NCBI GenBank assembly: GCA_000320545.1
Contig: ADNK01000007.1
Span: 71,527 to 135,526 of the forward strand
Direction: 5' to 3'
Length of the DNA: 64,000 nt
Source of the DNA: Bigelowiella natans CCMP2755
Taxonomy: Eukaryota; Protista; Cercozoa
A program made the position numbers and the translations under genes. Under the pieces are notes generated by a model. The model saw nothing but the letters and a program-made list of their open reading frames with translations. It made no database searches and was not told the origin of the DNA. The number at the start of each line of letters is the position of its first letter. Within the stretch, counting starts at the first letter, position 1. Shown piece by piece: positions 1 to 13,569 of the stretch.

Positions 1-320
1 ATGCATGATGACTATCAGGTTCAAAGAGCTTATATCGGAGATTCGCAGCAAGGACTGCGTTGTGATATTCGTCGTTGATTTGTTTGATTTCCACGGCACG
101 TTTCTGAATGATCTCGAGGAGATTGTCGGGGGAAATCCTGTAATTCTCGCCGCTAATAAGGTGAGAAGTTTATCGGCCTTCAGATCAATCGTGGCGATGA
201 CAATCGCATCTGTTTGTTGCCCGCATGTGTTTCGCTCGAAGTATACTGTTATCAAAATCTTCTCTGGAGGATTCATAGGCTAGCTGCTAGCATCTTCCTC
301 CTCCTTCTCCTCCTTCTCCT

Positions 321-357
<37 letters not shown>

Positions 358-761
358 TACTCATCTCTAGGTTGATTTGCTACCGCCTAAAGCTAATCAA
401 GAGAGAACAATCAGATGGATTCGCAGGGAGCTGGTATGTTGTGTTGGTGGTGGATTGTGTACCCTATTCAAACGACGTAACATCAACAGCAACAAACCAT
501 CATCATCATCATCATCATTATCATCATCATTATCATCATCATCATCATCATCATCCCTTGTTTGGCTATACTTTTCGCGGTCAGGTGAGGTACCAACAAT
601 ACCAGCAAAAACGACGACAAAGACAGCGTCGGCAACGTCGGCAGGGCCATGAAGACGAAGATGACAAAGGTGGGGAAGATCAAGAGCCGCCCCCATTACG
701 CGTCGATAAGATACACCTTATCAGGTATTTGCTCGATTATAAATGCAGCTCCTATCTGCAT

Positions 762-804
<43 letters not shown>

Positions 805-1397
805 TACACACACACACACACATACAACAAACATCTTTGTCTCACAGTGTTTGTGTCCCTTCTTCCTCTTTTCTCAATAATGATGGTCATTATTATCCCT
901 ACCAAGCTCTATGAAAGGAACCAATGTTAAGGCGGTGTTTGACAACGCGCAGCAGCTCGCGTAAGATTATAAACACAAAACAACTGCAATTACAGTAACA
1001 CATTGATAAATGACTGATGACGATTAGTGAGGATAGTAAATCCACGCAACACACACAAACACACACACATACATATACGAGGGTAGTACTGAGGCTAGCG
1101 TTTCAAGCTCATATCTAAGCATTTATCAGTGGGAGCGACAAGGATATCTACGTGATAGGCGCTGCGAACGTTGGTAGGAACGATGACGACAACGATGAGC
1201 TATTTCTTCTTTCCCCATTCTCCTCCCTCCTCCCTCCTCCTCCTCCTTATGATATATTGAACTGCATCTATAACAGCACTCATTCGGCGACATCAACGTT
1301 TAAAAGATAGTGTACGATAGTAACACAATAAAAATGTGATGGTTTTGATGGTTTTGCTCTGAAATAGATGGACTCAACTTTGGGAAAAAATCTAATA

Positions 1398-1434
<37 letters not shown>

Positions 1435-1801
1435 GTGTTTGCGTGGCCATTGCTCTAACGACACAGGGAAGTCCAGCTTCGTGAACAAGCTACTGAAGAT
1501 CTCTCAGTGATAAATAAATATATAAATAAATAAATAATACGTGTCTACGATATAAATTGAATAGAGAAATAGCGATAATTATAATTATGATGATTATGAT
1601 TGTGATGATAATAAGGAGGAGGAGGAGGAGGAATTGGGGTTGAAGGACAGAAACAGCCTGTTCGTTCAATTTCTTCCTCGAGAAAAGAGAGGATGATAAA
1701 TGGAGATTGTGTTTTATGTCACACCCTCAAACTGCATCATCATCAACACCCACTACTTCTGCTGCTACTACTAGTCAAACTAATAACAATAATAAGAATA
1801 A

Positions 1802-1836
<35 letters not shown>

Positions 1837-2256
1837 GAAATCAATTCTGACATCACGAACAACTACCCCAACTTTCTCAATACCTATCTAGGGAAATGCG
1901 TGAAAAGGAAGAGGCTGCTGCAGCAGCAATAGAGACAGATGCAAATGAGGACGGCAAAGAGATTCTGCAACGGATGCTTGATGACGAAGACAACGTGTCC
2001 CTAGACCTCGATGACTATCTAGATCTTCCCGATCTGGAGAGGGAAGGGGGAGGAGCCATCGACGAGGATGATGATATTATTGATGCCGAAGAGATACGTG
2101 CTTGGAGGAGACGGAAGAAGATGAATCGTAGGGCAAAGAAGGAGGGGGGGGGCAAGAAGGATGCGATCTCTATTAGGTAGTATTAATGCTGTCCTGTGTT
2201 GATTACTTATGGTTACGTTCGTGGAGGGTAATGGTGTCGCTCTGGTCTCGTCTATT

Positions 2257-2308
<52 letters not shown>

Positions 2309-2756
2309 CACACACACACACACACACACACAGACAAACGACACTCTATTCTGTGTTGTCGTCATCGTGGTCTATCTTCCTTCCTGTGCTGTTGTTTACA
2401 TTTCTATTGCACCTACCATCGTTATCTCTCATCAGCCGGCTTCCTGGGACAACGTTAGATATGATCCGCATCGCAATCCAAAGTCAGTACTCCACTCCCC
2501 CGGCCCACACACACCATATAGCGAGAATCCTTACACCCTTTGCCCTTCGTGCGTATCTGTTTTGAGCGCTGTTCTTTTTTTCCGTCTTCTTCTTCTTCTT
2601 CTTCTTCTTCTTTATATTCATATTCATATTCATATTCTTCTTTTAGGCGGAACGAACAGTATATACGATACACCCGGGCTGATAATGCCCTCGCAATTGA
2701 CTCACAGGCTCCTCCCTCAAGAACTCGAGGTGTGTGTGTGTGTGTGTGTGTGTGTG

Positions 2757-2840
<84 letters not shown>

Positions 2841-4374
2841 TGTGTCTTCAATTATAGATACTACCGTTGAATATATCTTTTACAAATATGAGGGGTGCAT
2901 AACTATATCTTGTTCTTGTTGCGCACGGAATACATCGAGATATAACTCTTCAAGAATTGTCCCAAAGCCATTGGCACAGAAACTCACTCAACACTCACGC
3001 ACTCATATCAATCCTTCCGTCTTCCTGCCCAGGATGTAGTTCCGTCGAAGCGTATCTCTTACGAGTCCGTGGAGTTGAAGCAAGGGAAAGCATTACTTCT
3101 CGGAGGTAATAGTAGCAATCACAACCAACACAACATGGACGACGAGAGCAGCTGCAAAGCACCTGAGTCACATTTCTTTCATTCCTCATCTCTCACTGCC
3201 GTCCATGACTAGGCCTCGTCGAGATAGAGATGATATCCGGGAAACCTTTCTACTTTACGCTCTTTATTAGCAAGGCGATTACAGTAAGTTTGTCGTAATG
3301 ATAATAATGATGATGATGGTGATGATGATGGTATTGATGATGAATGGTGGATAGTGGGGATCACGACACACAGGAACAATGGGATTCTATCTCTATCTCT
3401 CTCTCTCTCTCTCACTCACTCACTCTCTTGTACGTTGTTGTAGATTATGACTTCACTATGTGTTTTCCTAGGTACATCCAACGCGCGCTGATAATGCTGA
3501 GAACTATGTCTCGAAGCACGGGGGTCAGTAAATATAAGAGGAGGAGGCGGGATGATGATCATTATACAAAAGATTACTACTTTTCGTCGTACATATGTTT
3601 GATTCTCCATGTCGCCTTACAAGTCATATCGGAAGGATGAACTACACCACTAAGCGATCATCACAACAAAAATCCAACTTGATTGCAGGAAAGTTATTGA
3701 CACCGCCGTTCTCTCAAGAGCGATTCATGGAGCTTAGGCCGTTTAAGGAACATCGATTTCGGTCAGTGTTGTGATATGCGGTTTCAGAGAAACCCATGAT
3801 AGAGCTGGAGCAGAGCAGTTTCAGTTGTGGGGCTTCATTTCCTTATTAGTTATCACCAATATTACTGCCTTCCTCCTGCTTATTCTTCATATCTCCTCAG
3901 GGTGCGGGGCATCGGCTTTACACAGGCCTCAACAGACATCGTACAACCATACAAATAAACGACCTCACCAACCTCATATACCGTAGACGGCATGATCGTT
4001 TCTTCATGTCATACTGTTCTCGATGTCGTATTTAGGTTCTATCTGGCCTTGGTTGGGTGTCGGTCACCGGCAGTGGGCCGTGCGAGATTAAGGTTGCAGC
4101 ATACCGATCATACTGTTCATGGGCAATAATATTTGAGTAGACATGCACTCACGTATACGCACACGTAAACAGCAGAAGAAGAGGGGATGGGAGCAGGGGA
4201 GGGGAAAGTTAGAAAACACTGTACTCTCAGATCTTTGCTCACATAGAGATGTTATCTTTGTGCTAGGTGTCTGGCCCGGAAGGGATGGCCATATTCACCC
4301 GGGAACCTCTCATGCCGAACGAATTCAAGAGGGGAAAAGCGTCGAAGTTCACCGGGAAGCGCTTCACCAGATAG
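1..4374 (+). CDS. NOA1: NOA1/YqeH-family circularly permuted GTPase, multi-exon, 5' end outside the window
   Basis: Spliced exons give VVDLFDFHGT...NPVILAANK|VDLLP (G4), IYVIGAANV|GKSSFVN (G1), SRLPGTT (G2), YDTPGL (G3) in G4-G1-G2-G3 order. The C-terminal domain reads GKALLLGGLVEIE, VHPT, DIVLSGLGWVSV, ending FTREPLMP...KRFTR with stop 4372-4374. Confidence 0.9.
2730..2845. repeat. Compound intronic microsatellite (GT)n(CT)n(AT)n(GT)n starting at the splice donor
   Basis: Read directly. It represents many intronic CA/GT, GA/CT, AT, CAT, TAG and CCT tracts in the window. Confidence 0.9.
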
Positions 4375-5042
4375 ATAAAATCGTCACGGATGATACGCCA
4401 TGAAAGCACGATATTACGCTGTCATCGCGTGTATGGCATAAGAAACGCCGACTACTGCGACGAGAGTATCTAGATGTACAGCGTTACGCGAGCATGTAAA
4501 ACAGTTCTTTAAGCTTGACCGCAAACGTGTTTGCACCTGCATTCGATCGCTACTTGCACGCAACCATGTTTGCACTACTTGCCGCGCATTGTTTGCAGAG
4601 TAGGCACGAATCTAGGTATATCTACATTCAATCACAGCCAGACTGCTGATAACATTGAGCCCGCTATGGAGCAGGGCTTCTAGAGCATAGTTAAATGCAT
4701 AACAAGTTTCATTCAGCGCCGCAGCAATTTTTCGTGCAAGTTGCATAGCATCTGCTAGTGCACACAAAGATGGGCCAGTGCGAGAAATCGTCTAATGCTT
4801 CATACAGATCCATGTACAGCTACATAAGGATGACTATTGAACAAAGTTAATTGATTAATTACATCCGTCTTATGTACAGAAGTAGCCTTATCTAATGTCG
4901 AAATAAGTTACTGTACAGCTTCAAATAAGAGCTACTCTACTTTGGCATATGCATTCTATGTCTCTTACTTATGGTACTACTGCTATGGTCGAGACTTAAG
5001 CGGAAGAAGAAGCCAGTGTGCCCTTCATCGTGCCTTTGATGA
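4375..5042. other. Convergent intergenic block, CTAG/TGCA-palindrome rich (weakest example)
   Basis: tctagatgtaca, tctagagcat..atgcat, ttgcatagcatctgctagtgcac. tgtttgca occurs three times at about 4528-4597. Confidence 0.5.
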
Positions 5043-7510
5043 CTAACCCTTGTACCCACCTTCTCCTCCTCTTTGGCGGTGGATTGTTTGAGATGATGAT
5101 GAACTAGTCGTCGACTCTATGCGCTCCAGCCTTCGGTCCATATTTTTCAGCTTCACTTCGACAGAAGAGAATCGTCGATGAAGCTGCATAAACCTTTCCT
5201 CCATACGTTGATACACTATTTCGATACCATTTAGCAGCATGAAGATGTTTCCCTTTTTCCTTCCTGTAGTGTCGGAAGAGAAGATGCTTCTTGTTACACA
5301 GCTGCTGTTGCGGTGTTGCTGTTGTTGTTGTTGCTGCTGCTGCTGGCAATGACCACTGTAGGCTTTTCTCTCTCCTTCTCCTCCATCATCGTCATCAACG
5401 TCCTTATCGTCTTCTTGATCACCATCAAAGCCATTGGAGTCGTCTGCCAGGCGTTGGTGGTGATGGCTATCGTGCCACTCCGCCTTCTCCTTCTCGCCAA
5501 TGCTTTCCCCATTGCCATTCAGAAAATTAGAACTCGAAGGGACAAGATGAGAAGGAAAAGGAGATGGGTCTTGATAATCATCACTCTTCTCCTTCTTGAC
5601 AGTTGCTGCGGGAAATGCAGTTGCAGAGTTCGTGGAAGAATAGGAGGAAGACTCAGTTGCACTAGTATCGACCTCGTCTTCGTCGTCGTCCTCCTCCTCC
5701 TCCTCCTCGTCTTTCTTCTTCTTTATCTCTTTCTTCTCCTCCTCCTCCTCCTTCTCTAGGGCCTAAGCATAGAGTAGGGAGATACAGTAGGGGTGGGGAT
5801 TTCTTAGGATGTGCAAGATACAAATTAATTCTCTTCGCGAGCTTTCATAGAAATTCCTAAATGTGTTTTCGTTTGAAGATAAAACCTTAAATTGTTTTCT
5901 CACCTCCAGCGCCTCTAACATGGGGGGATTTGTAGGCGGGGCCTGTGTAGCAAGAATTATGCAACCCTGATGTGAGCAGTAGCGTGAAAACATCGCGCGC
6001 ACATTCACCTCTCCTCTTTCTTGTGTGTTAATTAGACATAACAATGTTACCTGAGAAGGCCGGTGACTGTTGAAACTACTAGATTGACTGTTCGTTTGTC
6101 GTTGATAATCTTGCTGCTGGTGGTGCGTATTTACTCGCGATGTGCCCGTCATGAACGCCTGGGCCCCCTTCTTCGTAATCGTCGTCGCCATTGAGGCCGA
6201 ATGCTGATTTCCATCCGGAGCTTTCGATTCTGTTTCGTCTTTTTGGGTCTTCCGGTCTGTCGTAATCTCTCCCTTCTCATCTTGCTCGGTCAAGTGACTC
6301 GCGTTTGTCGATGAGATGAAAGCAATTTTCTGATCTCTAAATCCTCTTTCTCTCCCTCTTCGCTCCTTCCTTCCTCGACCCGCACCAGTTCCCTGTTGAT
6401 GCAGATGCTGGGAGTAAAAACCAGATGTCCTCCTCATTTGCGGGGTTGAAATAGATCTTGACAACACTGGCCTGTGGAGTCTATTGGTTTGAGTATTTGT
6501 GTTAACGCTTGTATGACTGGAAGAAGAAGTAGAAGAAGAAAGGGGTGGCATGGAAGGAAGAGGTCTATTTGAATTGCGTGGGCCAATGCGTGGGCTGGGT
6601 CTCAATCTCTTGCTGCTAGCATCTGATCTATATGGCGTGGTATGCGAGAGAGAATTCGGCTCTTTGGGCAACATCATCATTTGTTTTTCCACGCTTCGCT
6701 GTGGATGTGGATGGGGAGCATAAGCGTTGAGATTCTGATCATTGTTGACACCCCTGCTTGTATCCTGATCACCATTGGCATCTCTTCTGTCCCTATTCTG
6801 ATGATTGAATTGGTGGTGGGAATGGTGAAGATTCTCATCCCATCGGTGCCGTCTTTTCGTTCGATTGGCTTGGATATCGTTGTTGTTGTTGTTGTCTCGG
6901 CTGTGTCGTCTATGACGTTCTATCGACAAATTCGTTCTCCTTCTGTTATTTCTTCTATTTACTGAAGTTTCTGGTGTACTTTGCGAACGTTCTAATGCTG
7001 TGGGTTTAATATTCGCGCTGAATATGCCCATCTGAGTATCTGGACGGGTCGAAGGAGCTGGAAATACACAGTAGAGAACGATGCATGTGAGCTCAAACAG
7101 GAATATATTTAACGTTTCGATTCACTACCTTTCGGACTGTTCTTCTTTTTCCGCCGTTTTCTTTTCCTTTTGTTTGTTCTCCTTGGAAAGAATGATCCTC
7201 TGGTAGAAAGAGTAATTAGGGGAGCGGTATCTCTCTTCAAAATGATCATAATGTGTGAAATCCAGGTTACCTGTGATTATCAAACGCACATTGCCTTCGA
7301 TCCCACTTTCTATTTGGGAAAGATGACCCTAGAGTGCTGTATCTATCGCCCTTGTCCGCAGATGAGGACATAGGTCTAAAGCAGCGGAAATGGGGGACTG
7401 CGATGGGCCATCATCATTCGGGTTGTTGGTAAGACATATGAGTGCTCCATTCGAAGGTTAGAATCTCTGTCCCTTCTTCTCTCCGAAGACGGCTCAGGAA
7501 GATGAGTCAT
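5043..7510 (-). CDS. Hypothetical low-complexity, probably disordered protein with a short C-terminal coiled coil
   Basis: The 422-aa ORF 5763-7031 joins through a GT-AG intron (about 5902-5764) to an open last exon ALEKEEEE...YQRMEERFMQLHRRFSSVEVKLKNMDRRLERIE...YKG*. Small upstream exons phase correctly back to an ATG near 7510. The start is uncertain. Confidence 0.6.
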
Positions 7511-8260
7511 CAGGTTCAAGTAATAATTATTTAGGTGTTTTTTCGATGATTTACGTTAGAAAATTCGAATGATAACAGAAAGACTCTCGACGCTCACCCA
7601 AATTTCAAAAATCCTGCGGACAGATGGTAAATAGATTGGCTGCAACTCACCACAAGTTTTTTTCCAGCTTTGCTTTTTTTCCTGGAAAGCTGGTGGTGCC
7701 CAGGAGAAGGCCTCGGGATTCTCTGGAAAACTCAGAGAAGAGAGCACCAGGCTGCGTAGTTGCCAAAATATTTCAGATTCAATGAACAGCTTTTCTAAAA
7801 GATAAACGCATTGTATCCTAAGTAAACTTACAATAAATATTAACCTAAATGCCTGTCGTAATTCATAAATCTCATGTTCCCCGATGAATTATCGCAGAAC
7901 ATGTAGTTGAATCTTTCATACCGAGCACCTCCTTTTGAGGGCAGATGATCTACATTTTGCACTGAAGACATAAGGAGCTGCAAGCCGTCCCGAGCTAAAT
8001 CCCGTATATGCGGGCAGAACATGAGGAAATATCTTACAAAAGTACTCCTAAAATGGCTTCGGAATCCCACAATTTGCCGAATTCCAGATGAGCCAACATG
8101 CTTTATTCTGGATAAAAAAATATCGGAATAACATCAATACCCATATCAACCTCTTCTTGCGCAAAACCTATCCTTTGGGCCACAACCTCAGAACTGCTCA
8201 CCTTCCCTCACGCACACCCTCACCCCGAAACAGAGGCAATTGTAGGGGGGAAAGCGAAAG

Positions 8261-11200
8261 ATGAAGGTCTCTGCCTCCCAGCCTGCCCTAGACAGACTAT
8301 CTATCCGATTCAACAAACGCGGACATAGAGATACCAAGGGGTAAAACTGACTATGGACGATTTGCATGAAGCTTTGTTTTTTATGCTTTGAGTTTTTCTT
8401 CGGGTGCGATAAGGAGATATATTCGAATGCCTGTTCCTGACCATTGCGCTGCTGCGTCTACGTGACAAATAAACAGGAAGATGCGGGTCGTCCGGAGTGA
8501 GAACGATATTAAACAAATTCGCAACCCAATGAAGAATATTATGATGCGGGTGCCAATGTACGCCATCCACGGAATGAACATGCGAGCGATATCAAGGATA
8601 GAATCCAGGGTAATAAATCCAAAATTGTGTACTTTTGCCCTCATCCTTCGGAGCTATCTGCAATTTGAGCAATGCATAATGTGTACTCTGTGGCGAAATC
8701 ACAAATGACGTATCATAATGTAATTCCGCAACATCAATAACTAGGGAAGCATGGGTAGCGGAATAAGCCAACAGGACTTCAGTGAAACTGTGACGACGGA
8801 AGCGGATATGCTAATAGAGAAAACTATCAAACGGCAGCATTGCACACCTGTGTTGTCCGTCGTAGTCATTTCAGTGCTCATGGGGGCAATCAACTTTGGG
8901 TCATTCTCAGCACCGCAACATTTGCTTATGCCATCTGCAAACCTGTCAAACACTAATAGTTGCATAGCCAAATTTAATCCATAAGATGATAGAGGCTGAC
9001 AAAAAAACTGACCACCTTGTGAGGAACTGTCAAAACGGGGCGTGTAGCCACGAGACATTTTACAAACTGTACTTTCCGGAAAGCGACTCTTTTATGCTGG
9101 CGGACTCAATCATAAATTTATTTCTTTTATCTCAGCCGTCTCTTCTTCTCCATTTGACATAAGAAAGTGGTCATAATTATTTTCAGGTATAACACTTCTG
9201 TATTGAACACGCCTGAGTTCGTTATTCGGACTTCTTTGGACTCGGAGGGCGGTTATGTGGACGATTTCTCATGGGCTATCATCGTATCGATATTCTGCAT
9301 GGGCGGTCAGTGGGAAGAACAAGGGAATGGAATAAATATTGGAGGGAGGGAAAGACCAATACATCTTCTTGTTATTAGCAGTTTTGATTGAAAATGAGCA
9401 TAGAATCGCATGCTTTTCACATGTTTGATATTGCGATGATATTCAAGTGGTGTGATTGGTATTGACGACACCATTTTTCTTTCACTTTCACTCTCTTCAT
9501 AGGTTTGATAGGCTCTACGCTTGCACCGCCCATCCTGGACACCGTGGGCCGCAAAACCTTCATGTATTATTACAGCCAGTATCCACCATTTCTGTTTATA
9601 ATTATTATTATTGTTTTTTTCATCATCATTGAATATCATTATTTATCCGCTTTCGTACCATAATTTTTGCTTACATATTTATATTTGGGTGATCTGGTCT
9701 CGAATACATATCAGGTTTTTCAACGGTGTATTCCTCACAGTCTGTCTCATCTTCCAGGTCGTAGCAATAGATACAAATTTGCTTATCACTCAAGAGTGAC
9801 CATCTTCATCTTCCCTAAGAACGTTTACACAGCAGCATTTAGTTTTATCGTGTTTTCTCCTTCCTTCCTCTCTCCGATCCATAGGCTTGTTCAATGTCTG
9901 TGATGTGGCTGGTTATGGCGCGGCTCATGATAGGCGTCAGTTGTGGAGGTAGTACACCTCCTCGCGGAACATGAGACCACATTAGAAGCGAACGTATTGT
10001 TGATCTACGTGCGTATCGGCTCTTTGTCTTTATCTTCCCCTCTATTTAATTTCGTATAGATGTCAGCAAAATCCCTTAAATTTACTCCTTCCACCCTGCC
10101 CCCCCCCCCCCCTCTCTCTTTCCATATTCTCAAGGTAACACTGTAGCTGTGCCCCTGTACCTTGGGGAGATAGCCCCCGTCAATTTGAGGGGAATGCTTG
10201 GGACTCTCAACCAGTTTGCAATGGTCATGCAGATAGAGTATATTCATTCCTTTTCATTGTTTTTGCGCTCCTGCTACTCAAGGAAGCAGCTGCAAGAACA
10301 TCGATGCATTATTTCTCAATGGCATGGCTTCAGGAACGAGGCCATGCCGGAACAAATCCGTCGGTGTTTTTTGGCAAGAATGCATGGTTTCCATTCCCCA
10401 ATAACACACTTGTGAAAGTATATGTACAAACAATGAATACGTGTAATTGTGTGTGTGTGTGTGTATGAAGGAGTTGGAAATATATACACATCCCATCCCA
10501 TCCCCCCCTTTGTCGGGGTAGTTTTATGGTTTCTTATCCTTCCCAAACTTTCTCCTGTAGGTGGTTGGAATTCTTCTGGCGCAAGTCCTTGGTAGTATTT
10601 TCTTCCCACTCGAATGGGAAATCGTTGCAGTTGTTAGGCCAGTATTCTTAAGTGGAACTACTATTACAAAATCAGGAAAGCCTCTCGGAAGTGATCCAGA
10701 ATGGCGCTATCTTCTTGCTATAGGAGCGATCTTCAGCTCTGCACAAGTAGGGATGCATGATGGATGACTGCGATGATAATGATGATGATGATGATAATGA
10801 TAGCATTGTGAATGATATCATGACACTCCTCTCGCTAGTATACTGCATTGCTGGTGAAGAAAGTCCATCCGTCGTCTTCTTTGATTAGTTTTGTCGTCAT
10901 TTAATTCGTCGTTGATTGCCGTCAGGTTTGCCTCAGTGTTTGCGTCCCGGAGTCACCTCGCTGGCTCGTTATGAACAATCGCATTCCAGAGGTGTTATAA
11001 CTGCTATCACTACTACTACTTCTTAGAATGGTGTGCTGATTCCTTATTCTTCATGCTGTTGATGATTGATTAGGCTGAGAAGACGTTAGAGCTTCTTCGT
11101 GGAACCGATGAAGACGCGAAGAAGTATATTGAGGTAAGCAATGATACCCTCCCCCTCTTTTACACACAAGAAATAAAGGGCACACGGCACACACCCAACA

Positions 11201-11435
11201 GGGACGGAGGGAGAGAGAAAGAGGGCGAATTGAGCCTTTGTCACCATATCCCCATGCAGTCACAATCGTCATCATCATCATTATCATTATTGCCCATCAC
11301 CATAATCATCATCATCATCATCATCATCATGATATCTACACCAAATCATATGCCTCCTTCACCTCCAAATCACTGCCCCCACCGGTCAGATTGAGGTAGA
11401 GTCGATGCTAGAGCTCGCTGAGGAGGAAAAACAGG

Positions 11436-11467
<32 letters not shown>

Positions 11468-12032
11468 GCGATGGTCGTTATTCACCAGGGGTCATGATCG
11501 CTCTAGTAATGCTAACATCATCATAACAAGCGTATGTATGTTGCGATGAAATAGGAAATGTCGGTCACGAGTCTCGTTCGTAAGCCGGTTGGTCAGATAA
11601 GATAGAAAATAAATGAAGAACAAGGAGAAGAAGAAGAAGAAGATGATGATGATGAAGAAGATGATGATATTCACCCCCCTTATAAATCAATATATCTATC
11701 TATGTATGTATGACCAGCGCACAAATGCTGCTGTACACCCAATGAGGACAACAGACAAATCCTTGCTGCATGTGCATGGAACTACTACTAATACTACTGC
11801 TACTACGACTATTACTACAATACTACTCAGACCCTGCGCTTTCCTTTCATGGTTGGCGTGGCTCTCCAGGTAGTAGTAGTTGTTGTTGTTTGGGTAAAAA
11901 TAGGGTGTGAACCAGGATTATTTCACGTTCAGCGTATGAGTATATTATGAAAACATTATAAAAATAACATCTATTCCAAAGATAATGGTTTGATGATGCC
12001 CCTTTTCTGGCTTTGTTTCTCTCCCCTCCCCG

Positions 12033-12078
<46 letters not shown>

Positions 12079-13569
12079 GCTCTTCCAGCAGTGGAGCGGC
12101 ATAAATGCCGTATTCTACTATTCGACAGGTTGTGACCTGATGAGAGGAAGATAAGATATATACATTATGGTGAAGCACGATTGATAATCCGCACAACGCA
12201 AACGGCTGTGTTGATGCCAACGAGGCAGAAAGGCAGGTGATATAGTAGATACTCTGTGCACAGGTTTTTTCGCCAGCGCCAAATTTGCTGACCCGTATCT
12301 TGGAACGGTTCTCTGCGGATTCGGTACTAATAAGAGCGAAGTTATTTTTGCAATCGATGATCTATGTATGGAGGAGAATGCGCCATATATTGCAACGTCG
12401 CAATCACTCGCAGCTGGGGATTATTTCCTCTTTAATCGTTGGTTGTATCGGCAGTGAACGTGCTTGCGACTGGGTTTGCTGTGGAGTTGATGGACAGAGC
12501 GGGCAGAAAAGCGTTGCTGACATTATCCGCATTGGGGATGACCCTCTCTTCGATTCTGCTTACGTTCTCCCTCGTCGCCTCGAACGAATTTGCCGTGGAG
12601 CTGGGGTATTATTTGCACTACTACTAGTAGCACTAGTAGTAGAAGTAGTGGTACTACAGGTGAAAGTGAAAGTGGTGATATCAATCGCAGCTACTATGTG
12701 ATGTATGTGTTGATCTATTTCTATTGGCCTCTCATCGCAATCGAACGAGGGTTTGTGTTCTAATTCTGAACCTCTTCCAACCCCCTCCTACTATGATTGC
12801 TTCAGATACATCGAGGTGATGGGAGTGTTGTCATACGTGGCTTTCTTTGAATTCGGCCTTGGTCCTATACCGTGGGCAATAACTGCCGAGCTCTTCGGTG
12901 CTGTGGAGCGAGCGACAGCGATGGGTGCATGTTCTGCCGTGAATTGGATTGCTAACTTCATCGTCGGTCTGACCTTCCCTGCAATGAACGGAGCGCTCGG
13001 AAGCTATACTTTCCTCCCTTTCGCGCTGGTGATGAGGGAGAAATATAAGGGGAGAGACAGAGAAAGAGGGGGGGGGAGGAGGTTGAGGGGCCGGAGAGTG
13101 GGAGGGTACAGGGTATTGAGGAATAAAAAGTGATAAAGAAATAGTATTATTTATCACTACAGCAGTACTGAATTGTGAATGTATTTGCCCTCTCTTTTTC
13201 GTCTTCTTTCTCCCCATTAATCAATCAACCAATCTACCTGATAATTTACAAATTCGTGGTTTTCTGCCTGCATGGGTGAACGTGGTTAGGTAACATTCTT
13301 CGCCATGCTGTTCTCCATATGGTATGTGCCTGAGACAAAGGGCAAGACGCTGGCGGAGATTCGGGTGCTGCTAAGCTAAAGCTGCTTAATCATTGTCTTG
13401 CATATGCCGCATGCGTATGAAAGCACCGACAGTTCTCATGCTTTTGAACTATATGTTGTGCTAGGAATCTATGCAAGCGAAGAAAGATGATACTGTCACC
13501 AAGGATAAAGAGCCGCTAATGAAAGAGATGTCCAGTGATTTGAAATCAATGGAGGATGGCGTGTACTAA
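8261..13569 (+). CDS. MFS sugar porter (GLUT/SLC2A-like hexose transporter), about 20 exons
   Basis: Exons give FG|YNTSVLN, DTVGRK, VPLYLGEIAPVNLRGMLGTLNQ, PESPRWL, QQWSGINAVFYYS, MDRAGRK, FFEFGLGPIPWAITAELF, NWIANFIVGLTFP, VPETKGKTL. Stop TAA at 13567-13569. Confidence 0.93.

Noticed and set aside
372-930. Poly-His, poly-Met, HT, CV, SL and ER ORFs in the ORF track, here and throughout
   Set aside because: They are translations of intronic (CAT)n, (CA)n and (GA)n microsatellites inside genes whose real exons are identifiable.
5313-5759. 148-aa hydrophobic plus-strand ORF resembling a membrane protein
   Set aside because: It is the antisense shadow of the Glu/Asp/Lys/Gln-rich last exon of the minus-strand gene.
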